Positions 25,360 to 32,000 of a DNA stretch of 32,000 bases are shown here, piece after piece. The position numbers were made by a program, and so were the translations under genes. The DNA comes from Methylorubrum extorquens. Lineage in GTDB: Bacteria; Pseudomonadota; Alphaproteobacteria; Rhizobiales; Beijerinckiaceae. The notes below the pieces were generated by a model that saw nothing but the letters and a program-made list of their open reading frames with translations, did not search any database and had not been told where the DNA came from. The stretch is from contig LT962688.1 of assembly GCA_900234795.1 (NCBI GenBank), forward strand, positions 2,310,001 through 2,342,000, given 5' to 3'. The stretch's first letter is position 1. Each line of letters starts with the position of its first letter.

Positions 25360-25461
25360 TCGTCTTCAGGTTCGTGGTCAGGCGGCGGTCCACCGATATG
25401 GGGACCGCCACGTTCTCCGGCGAGGCTTCCCGCCGGATCTTCTCGGATCAATCCGACGGCG

Positions 25462-26352
25462 TCAGATCAGGCCGGCATGGCTGAGCGCGGCATCGACCGC
25501 CCGGCGGCAGCCCTCGGTCGCCGGCACCAGCGGCAGGCGCACCTCCTCCGACATGAGGCCGAGGCGCGAGAGAGCGTATTTCGCCGGCACCGGGTTCGAT
25601 TCGTAGAACATCTGCACGTGCAGCGGCATCAGCCGGTCCTGGATCTTCAGGGCCTTGGCGTAATCGCCCGCCAGCGTCGCCTCCTGAAGATCGGCGCAGA
25701 GCCGGGGTGCGACATTCGAGACCACGGAGATACAGCCGACCCCGCCATGGGCATTGAAGCCGAGCGCCGTCGCATCTTCGCCAGAAAGCTGGATGAAGTC
25801 TTCTCCCAAAGCCTGTCGCTGGAGGCTGACACGGTCAATCTTGGCCGTAGCATCCTTCACGCCGGCGATGTTCTTCAGTTCGAACAGCCGCTTCATGGTG
25901 TCGACGCTCATGTCGACCACGGACCGGCCGGGGATATTGTAGATGATGATCGGGATGCCGACGGCGTCGTTCACCGCCTTGAAGTGGGCGTACATCCCCT
26001 CCTGCGTCGGCTTGTTGTAGTAGGGCGTGACGGTGAGCACCGCATCCGCGCCGACGCTCTCGGCATGACGCGCCCGCGCGACGGCCTCCCGCGTCGAGTT
26101 CGAGCCGGCGCCCGCGATCACCGGTACCCGGCCGGCGGCCTCGGCGACGCACACCTCGACCACGCGGTCGTGCTCGGTGTGGCTCAGCGTCGGGCTCTCG
26201 CCGGTCGTGCCGGTCGGCACCAGGGCGTGGGTGCCCTGATCGATCTGCCAGTTCACGAATTTCCGGAAGGCCAACTCGTCGAACTCGCCGTCGCGGAACG
26301 GGGTCGCGAGCGCGGTCATCGAGCCGCGAAGGCGGGCGTGGGTATCGGTCAT
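25462..26352 (-). CDS. dapA: 4-hydroxy-tetrahydrodipicolinate synthase
   Basis: Motifs present are [42 protein letters not shown] and GVKDAT (catalytic Lys region). Confidence 0.93.
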   Translation of the reverse strand: MTDTHARLRGSMTALATPFRDGEFDELAFRKFVNWQIDQGTHALVPTGTTGESPTLSHTEHDRVVEVCVAEAAGRVPVIAGAGSNSTREAVARARHAESVGADAVLTVTPYYNKPTQEGMYAHFKAVNDAVGIPIIIYNIPGRSVVDMSVDTMKRLFELKNIAGVKDATAKIDRVSLQRQALGEDFIQLSGEDATALGFNAHGGVGCISVVSNVAPRLCADLQEATLAGDYAKALKIQDRLMPLHVQMFYESNPVPAKYALSRLGLMSEEVRLPLVPATEGCRRAVDAALSHAGLI

Positions 26353-26551
26353 CCTGGCGTTCCCGGCCGTTCTTCTTGCCTGTTTTCTGGCGTGCCCCGG
26401 TGGCTGCGGCCGCGTACGGGCCGCGCTTGGGACGCGCGAGACATAGGCCCTCCCCCGTCCGCGCGCAAACGCTTCGCTTGCGCAGTTAATGCCATCTTAA
26501 CGGACCGAGGCCCAGCTTAAGGCTTGGCCTCCGGTCGGGGTGTCTCAGATC

Positions 26552-28876
26552 ATGGCGTTGCCCACACGCTCCCTGCCCCTGCTCCTCGGCCTGTTGCTGT
26601 CCGGCACGGCCGTGCTGCCACAGCGCGGCGGGGCCATCGAACTCCGCAACCCGCAGCCGGCCTCCGCCCCCGCCGCCCCCGCGAGCGACGCCACCGCGCC
26701 CGCTGGGCAGCCGAGCGACGGCCAGGGCCCCGCCTCGGATCCCGTCGCGGCGGATGCGCTGCGCCTCGATCCGAGTTCGGGCGAGGCCGCTTCCGACAAG
26801 CCGCTGCCCGCCGCGGCGTCCGCCTACGCCTCCACCGAATCGGATGGCCCTGTCGCCTTCCCGCTGCCCGATGCGGCCGTGTCGCCGGCTGCCCCCTTCC
26901 CTGAAGTGCCGGACCCGGCCCGGCCCGTTGCCTTCGGCGAGACGGATCTCGGCCAACTCCGCGAGACGATCGACCTCTACCGCAAGGGCAAGGTCTCCGA
27001 CGGCGACCGGCTCGCCGCAGGCTTCTCCGATCCGGCGGCGCGGGCACTGCTCGAATGGGTCGCGATCCGTGCGGGCGCCGGCGTCAGCTTCGAGCGGGTC
27101 GTCGCGTTCTCGCGCGCCAATCCCGATTGGCCAGCGGGGCCCCTGCTGCGCCGCCGGGCCGAAGAGCGGCTGCTCACGGAGAAGAAGAGCCCTGCGATTG
27201 TGCGCGCCTATTTCGCGAGCGCCAAGCCCGCGAGCGCGCCGGGCAAGTTCGCCCTGGCCCTGGCCCTGCGCGCCGACGGGCTCGACGCGGATGCGGCCGA
27301 ACTCGTGCATGACCTGTGGCGCGAGGAGAGTTTCGGGCGCAGCCTCGAGGCCAAGGTCACCGACGCCTTCCCCGGCGTGCTCACGGTGATCGACCACCGC
27401 TACCGGATGGAGCGCGCCCTCCTGAAGGAGGATTGGGCCACCGCCGCGCGCGCCGCCGACTATGCCGGCGGCTCCTATGCCAGCCTCGTGCGCGCCCGCC
27501 GGGCGGTGCAGGGCAAGGCCGGGGCGGCGGCCGCGCTCGCGGCGGTGCCGCCGTCGTTGCGCAACGATTCATCCTACCTGCTCTCGCGCGCCCAGTATTT
27601 CCGCCGGGCCGACAAGGCGCCGGAGGCGGCCAAGGTGCTGCTCGCCGCGCCCACCAACCCGGAGGTGCTCGCCGACGGTGACACGTGGTGGGTCGAGCGC
27701 CGCATCGTCGCCCGCAAGCTGATGGATGCGGGCGAGACCAAGACCGCCTACGCCGTAGCCGCCGCGCATTCCGCCCGCACCTCCGAGAAGCGGATCGAAG
27801 CCGAATTCCATGCCGGCTGGATTGCGCTCCGCTTCATGGCCGACCCCGCGGCGGCTGAGCGGCATTTCGCGCAAGCCGCGAGCGTCGCCGAGACGCCGAT
27901 CTCCCTGGCGCGGGCCGCCTATTGGCAGGGCCGTGCGGCGGAAGCCGCGGGCAAGATTATCGAGTCGAAGAGCTTCTACGAGCGCGCCGCGCTCCAGCCG
28001 ATCGCCTATTACGGGCAGCTCGCCCGTGCCCGGCTCGGCCAGCACAGCCTGCCCCTGCGCCGCGCGGCCGAGCTGAGCCCGACGGCGCGCGCCGCCTTCG
28101 ACGACCGGCTCTTCATGCGCGGCCTGAAGCTTCTGGCCGTCGCCCAGATGAAGGACTTGGCGCTGCCGCTCTACATCGACGCCGCCCGCTCGCTGACCGA
28201 GGAGGCGCAGGTCAACGCGCTCGGCGAGACCGCGGTGGAGATGCGAGATGCGCGGGCGCTGGTCTCCATTGGCAAGCTCGCCACGCAGCGGGGGCTGGCA
28301 CTGGACACCCATGCCTACCCGACCATCGGCATCCCGAATTACGAGACCTTCACCGCGGTGCCGCAGGTCGAGCGCGCCATGGTCTTCGCCATCGCCCGGC
28401 AGGAAAGCCAGTTCGATCCCCGCGCCCAGTCCGGCGTCGGCGCGCGCGGGCTGATGCAGATGATGCCGGCCACTGCCCAGCGCACCGCCAAGCGCGTCTC
28501 GACGTCCTACGAAACGGACCGGCTCACCAGCGACCCCGCCTACAATGCGCGGCTGGGCCAAGCCCATCTCGGCGAGCTGATGGAGGACTGGAAGGGCTCC
28601 TACATCCTCGCTTTCGCCTCCTACAACGCGGGCGGCGGCAACGTGAAGAAATGGGTCGATGCCTACGGCGACCCGCGCCGGCCGGATGTCGATCCGATCG
28701 ACTGGGTCGAGCGCATCCCCTTCACCGAGACGCGCAACTACGTGCAGCGGGTGATGGAGAACCTGCAGGTCTACCGCAACCGCCTCGACGGCAAGAGCGC
28801 GCTGATGATCGAGCGCGATCTCGCCCGCGGCGCCCGCACCGCCGTCAGCGCCGAGGCGCAGCCGGTCACGCCGTAG
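26552..28876 (+). CDS. slt: Soluble lytic murein transglycosylase (Slt70-like: superhelical N-domain + SLT catalytic domain)
   Basis: The signal peptide is MALPTRSLPLLLGLLLSGTAVLP (ATG 26552; the track start at 26540 is GTG). The C-terminal SLT motifs are ARQESQFDP, GARGLMQMMPATA and SYNAGGGNV. Confidence 0.85.
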   Translation: MALPTRSLPLLLGLLLSGTAVLPQRGGAIELRNPQPASAPAAPASDATAPAGQPSDGQGPASDPVAADALRLDPSSGEAASDKPLPAAASAYASTESDGPVAFPLPDAAVSPAAPFPEVPDPARPVAFGETDLGQLRETIDLYRKGKVSDGDRLAAGFSDPAARALLEWVAIRAGAGVSFERVVAFSRANPDWPAGPLLRRRAEERLLTEKKSPAIVRAYFASAKPASAPGKFALALALRADGLDADAAELVHDLWREESFGRSLEAKVTDAFPGVLTVIDHRYRMERALLKEDWATAARAADYAGGSYASLVRARRAVQGKAGAAAALAAVPPSLRNDSSYLLSRAQYFRRADKAPEAAKVLLAAPTNPEVLADGDTWWVERRIVARKLMDAGETKTAYAVAAAHSARTSEKRIEAEFHAGWIALRFMADPAAAERHFAQAASVAETPISLARAAYWQGRAAEAAGKIIESKSFYERAALQPIAYYGQLARARLGQHSLPLRRAAELSPTARAAFDDRLFMRGLKLLAVAQMKDLALPLYIDAARSLTEEAQVNALGETAVEMRDARALVSIGKLATQRGLALDTHAYPTIGIPNYETFTAVPQVERAMVFAIARQESQFDPRAQSGVGARGLMQMMPATAQRTAKRVSTSYETDRLTSDPAYNARLGQAHLGELMEDWKGSYILAFASYNAGGGNVKKWVDAYGDPRRPDVDPIDWVERIPFTETRNYVQRVMENLQVYRNRLDGKSALMIERDLARGARTAVSAEAQPVTP

Positions 28877-29471
28877 TGGCGTGGCCCTGGTAGTGGCGGC
28901 GGACCAGCGCCTCCACGAAGGGCCAGAGACCGGGGATGCCGCGCTCGATCACCGGCTGGTATCGCGCCATCACCTGTGCCTCGGTGAGGTCGTTCTCGGC
29001 CCAGGTGCCGCCCTCGGTCAGCGTGTTGAGCAGCAGCGGCTGGAGCCGGTCGAGTGCCGTGGCGAAGCGCGCCTCCGCCGTCTCGCCTGCCTCGAATTCC
29101 CGCCATAACGCGACGAAGCGGTCCCGCTGCGGCTCCGGCAGGAGCCCGAAGATCCGGGCGGCCGCAGCCTCCTCGACCAGCGCCAAGGCAGCGGCGTCGT
29201 AGGCGCCATGGATCGGCACATCGCCGGCATCGACCTCGACGATGTCGTGCACCAGCAGCATCGCGACGACGCGGTTCAGGTCGAGGCCGGGCGCGCGATC
29301 GCCGAGAACGAGCGCGAACATCGCCAGATGCCAGGAATGCTCGGCCGAGTTCTCGCGGCGGCGCTCGCCGATGGTCCGGTTCTGGCGCAGCACGGCCTTG
29401 AGCCCGTCGATCTCTGCGAGAAACGCGAATCGGCGCGCGAGGGCGGAAGTGTCGTCGGTCACATCGTCCAT
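28866..29471 (-). CDS. HD-domain phosphohydrolase (YfbR-like 5'-nucleotidase family)
   Basis: It has ENSAEHSWHLAMFALVL and LLVHDIVEVDAGD (H...HD...D metal ligands). ATG is at 29471. Its 3' end overlaps the slt 3' end by 11 nt (convergent). Confidence 0.8.
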   Translation of the reverse strand: MDDVTDDTSALARRFAFLAEIDGLKAVLRQNRTIGERRRENSAEHSWHLAMFALVLGDRAPGLDLNRVVAMLLVHDIVEVDAGDVPIHGAYDAAALALVEEAAAARIFGLLPEPQRDRFVALWREFEAGETAEARFATALDRLQPLLLNTLTEGGTWAENDLTEAQVMARYQPVIERGIPGLWPFVEALVRRHYQGHATTA

Positions 29472-29611
29472 GTCATTGGTCCCGGCATCTGGCAGTACGG
29501 TTGAAGGGTTCGGAACGCCCGGGCAAGGCGGCTATGCAGTCGATTTCCCACAGACATCGCCTGCCCGGTGCTTTTGGATCGCCGCCGGGGCGCCGATAGA
29601 GTGGGTCCGCC

Positions 29612-30847
29612 ATGGCCATCACGGACCCGATCTCAGCCTCTGACCTCCGCAGGATCGAAGCCCACCTGATCGCGCGTGCGACCGCGTCGGACGAGGCGGA
29701 GGCCATCATCGCGGAGTTCTGCGAGGCGCTGGCCGCGGCCGGTCTCCCGCTTTGGCGCCTCAGCCTCGCGGTGCCGGTGATCGATCCGCTGTTCCGCGGG
29801 GTGAGCGTCGCGTGGCGGCGTGGGCAGGGCATGGCGGTGTTCCCGACCGTGCATGGGCCGGAGGGCGAGGACACGTTCTTGCGCAGCCCCGTCGGCTGGC
29901 TGCGGGCGAACGACCTCTCCTTCGTGCGCTGGCGCCTCGACCAATCGAACGGCTGTCCCGATCTCCCGCTTCTCGATACGCTGAGGCAGGCGGGCGGGAC
30001 CGATTACCTGCTCCATGCCGCCGCCTTCGCGCCCGGCAGCGCCATGGAGGGCGTCGGCATCTCGTTTGCCACCGACCGGCCCGGCGGCTTCTCGCAAGCG
30101 GAGCAGGCGGTGGTCGCCGGACTCGTGCCGGTGATCGCCCTGGTGACGGCCAAGCTCAGCCTGTCGCACGCGATTCGCGAGATGCTCGACACCTATCTCG
30201 GCCCGGCGACGGGGGCGCGGGTGCTTGCGGGCGAGATGCGGCGCGGGCAGAGCACGGTGGTCCATGCCGCGATCCTGCTCGCGGACCTGCGCGGCTTCAC
30301 CACCGTGGCGGACCGTGACGACCCGCTGAAGGTGGTGGGCTGGCTCGACGAGCATTTCGATGCGCTCGGCGAGCCGGTGCAGCGCCATGGCGGCGAGATC
30401 TCGAAATTTCTCGGCGACGGCTTTCTCGCCGTCTTCCCCGTGGCCGAGCCGGACGCTCTCACCTGCCCGGCCTGTACGGGGGCGCTCGATGCGGCGCGCG
30501 AGGCGCTGGCGCGCAACGACCGGCTGAACGCATCCCGCCGCCAGGATGGGCTGCCGTCGCTGGAGGCGGACATCGTGCTGCATTACGGGCGCGTCGTCTC
30601 CGGCAATGTCGGCACCGACCGGCGCCTCGACTTCACGGTGATCGGCCGGGCGGTCAACGAGGCGAGCCGGATCGAGCGGCTCTGCGACGAGTTGGAGCGC
30701 TCGCTGCTCCTCTCCGACGCCTTCGCCCGGCGTTGCGGGGCAGCGCTCGTCCCGGTCGGCGAGTTCGCCCTGCGCGGCGTCGGGCGCAAGCAGCGGATCT
30801 GGGGGTTGGCCCCGGAATCGGACGGTCTATCGGACGGGGTGGCGTGA
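29612..30847 (+). CDS. Class III adenylate/guanylate cyclase with an N-terminal ~210-aa sensor-like domain
   Basis: The C-terminal CYCc domain reads AILLADLRGFTTVAD...GGEISKFLGDGFLAVF...HYGRVVSGNVGTDRRLDFTVIGRAVNEASRIE. I did not assign the N-terminal domain to a named family. Confidence 0.85.
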   Translation: MAITDPISASDLRRIEAHLIARATASDEAEAIIAEFCEALAAAGLPLWRLSLAVPVIDPLFRGVSVAWRRGQGMAVFPTVHGPEGEDTFLRSPVGWLRANDLSFVRWRLDQSNGCPDLPLLDTLRQAGGTDYLLHAAAFAPGSAMEGVGISFATDRPGGFSQAEQAVVAGLVPVIALVTAKLSLSHAIREMLDTYLGPATGARVLAGEMRRGQSTVVHAAILLADLRGFTTVADRDDPLKVVGWLDEHFDALGEPVQRHGGEISKFLGDGFLAVFPVAEPDALTCPACTGALDAAREALARNDRLNASRRQDGLPSLEADIVLHYGRVVSGNVGTDRRLDFTVIGRAVNEASRIERLCDELERSLLLSDAFARRCGAALVPVGEFALRGVGRKQRIWGLAPESDGLSDGVA

Positions 30848-30889
30848 GGCGGAGCGCCCGAGCCCGCCCGGAGCGAGGCGACGGGCAGG

Positions 30890-32000
30890 TCACGAGCGCA
30901 GGCTGAGGCCGATTCCCTGCCGGTCGGAGAGCGGTGCGACGCCCGTCGGCGCGGCGGCGCGTTCCAGCGGCACACCGGCCTTCTGGAGGTAGTCCACCAC
31001 CGCGAGCGCCCGTGCCCGCGCGAGATCGGCGCCGACATCCGCCCGCTCGGCCTCGTTCTTCTCGGGCTTCGGTTCGGACTTCGCTTCGGGCTTTTGTTCG
31101 GATTTGGACGCCTCCTGCTTCGTCTCGGCTTTGGCCTTGCCCTTGTTGGCCTTCGCGTCCTTCTTGGTGTCCGCCTTGGCGGGCTTGGGTGCCGTCTCCT
31201 TCGCGGCCTCGTCGGCGACCGGGTCGGCTTGGGTCTCGGGCTTCACGCCCGCCGGGTCGAGATGACCCACAACCTCGATCCGCTCCGCCGGACAGGCGCG
31301 TGCCAGCGCCGCCACCGCGTCGAGCACCGGGTAGAACTCGGGCGCGAGCGCCGTGCTCCCTGGGGCAAAGCGCAGGGTATGCCCGGCCGTGCGCTCGGCG
31401 AGGCGCTGTCGGCACGGGCCCATCTCGGCCGCCGCCGAGGGGGCCGCGTCCGAGGTGACGGCGACCGTGGCGTTCCAGCCCGCCGGCATCGCCTTCGGCA
31501 GGGATTGAGCGAGGCGGGCGGCGCTCTCGGGATAGAGACTGGTGCCGGTCAGGCGCAGGCTGGTGTCGGTGATCGTCAGCTCCCCGCTCGCCAGCGTCGA
31601 GAGCGGATCGACCGCCGCCGCAAGCGCCGCGCCCAGAGCGGCCGGCGCACCGTCGGCCAGCCGCGTGCGATCGTGGATCGATTCGCGGAAGAAACGCGGG
31701 TTGAGCCGGGCGAGCAGCGCCTCACGCGTCGCCCGATCCGGCAGATGGCCGCTCACCGTGACGCTGTCGCTGCCGCGGCGGATGCGCAGGACGTAGGGGA
31801 CGATGGGACGGGCGGAGAGGGCCCCACGGCCCGCGGCGATTCCGGGGGGCCGGGCGTCGCGCATCAGCGTCTGTGCCTCGGCGACCGCGCCGGCATCCAG
31901 CGCATTGCCCTCGACCGAGACCGCGTCGCCCTCGAAGCTGACGCGCCCCTCGTGCAGGAGGCCCGCGAGCTGGAACACGAAGCGCGCCAGGGCCGGGCCG
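30890..32000 (-). CDS. OmpA-like (peptidoglycan-binding) domain protein, 5' end outside the window, with a Lys/Glu/Ala/Pro-rich insertion
   Basis: The frame stays open past the track start (a GTG at 31978) to base 32000. The C-terminus reads LRFAPGSTALAPEFYPVLDAVAALARACPAERIEVVGHLDPAG...[69-aa KEAP-rich segment]...DLARARALAVVDYLQKAGV, which is the OmpA_C pattern. Upstream repeats resemble BON-like modules. Confidence 0.7.
   Translation of the reverse strand, partial: GPALARFVFQLAGLLHEGRVSFEGDAVSVEGNALDAGAVAEAQTLMRDARPPGIAAGRGALSARPIVPYVLRIRRGSDSVTVSGHLPDRATREALLARLNPRFFRESIHDRTRLADGAPAALGAALAAAVDPLSTLASGELTITDTSLRLTGTSLYPESAARLAQSLPKAMPAGWNATVAVTSDAAPSAAAEMGPCRQRLAERTAGHTLRFAPGSTALAPEFYPVLDAVAALARACPAERIEVVGHLDPAGVKPETQADPVADEAAKETAPKPAKADTKKDAKANKGKAKAETKQEASKSEQKPEAKSEPKPEKNEAERADVGADLARARALAVVDYLQKAGVPLERAAAPTGVAPLSDRQGIGLSLRS

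Noticed and set aside
24958-26520. 520-aa plus-strand ORF antisense to smpB and dapA
   Set aside because: It spans two well-supported minus-strand genes and the gap between them. It has no motifs and is a high-GC artefact. The same reasoning applies to the other antisense ORFs in the track, for example 11833..12891, 13234..14232, 14821..15693, 16583..17686, 17617..18651, 18841..19944, 27569..28567 and 29633..30583.
28866-28876. 11-nt convergent overlap of the slt and HD gene 3' ends
   Set aside because: Short convergent overlaps are common in compact high-GC genomes. There is no evidence of functional significance beyond the lack of room for a terminator.
29612-30847. Cyclase as part of a Pycsar/CBASS-type anti-phage signalling system
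   Set aside because: There is no adjacent same-strand effector (TIR, TM, nuclease, patatin and so on). The neighbours are a divergent HD hydrolase and a convergent OmpA-like gene. The architecture (sensor domain + CYCc) is typical of the many housekeeping cyclases in Rhizobiales.

Overview
This is a high-G+C window (about 70% by eye) that reads as a syntenic housekeeping stretch of an alphaproteobacterial chromosome. The Hyphomicrobiales / Methylobacterium-like assignment is inference from gene content and order only. Almost all of the window is coding, and I could assign about 30 CDSs from motifs visible in the translations. In order they are egtD-egtB (ergothioneine), murI, a metallophosphoesterase, two tandem small membrane proteins, dgkA, an AbrB-family membrane protein and divergent oxyR/catalase. 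Next come a frame-interrupted glycine-rich BA14K-family gene and the conserved miaB-phoH-ybeY-corC-lnt cluster. These are followed by a MEKHLA protein, tsaB-rimI-acyltransferase, an Nfu/NifU protein, rpoZ-rsh, a small secreted repeat protein, pyrE, a NYN-domain protein, smpB, dapA and an Slt-type lytic transglycosylase. The window ends with an HD hydrolase, a class III nucleotidyl cyclase and a 5'-partial OmpA-like protein. I found no rRNA, tRNA, tmRNA, CRISPR array, IS element, integrase, prophage or recognisable defence or toxin-antitoxin module. I do not see a convincing novel multi-gene system. Four local oddities deserve a second look. (1) A translationally coupled pair of paralogous 65-66 aa two-TM proteins sits behind an AT-rich pocket at 3793-4353. 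(2) A BA14K/Gly-repeat gene needs one extra nucleotide at an A5/T5 run to be intact (8748-9523). (3) A 500-bp AT-rich untranslated region precedes a NYN-domain gene whose 5' half uses atypical AT-ending codons (23507-24663). (4) An OmpA-like domain is split by a 69-aa Lys/Glu/Ala/Pro-rich insertion (31043-31249). The many long antisense or alternative-frame ORFs in the track are typical high-GC artefacts and are rejected. Several ORF-track starts are GTG or TTG rather than ATG, so start coordinates are less certain than stops.
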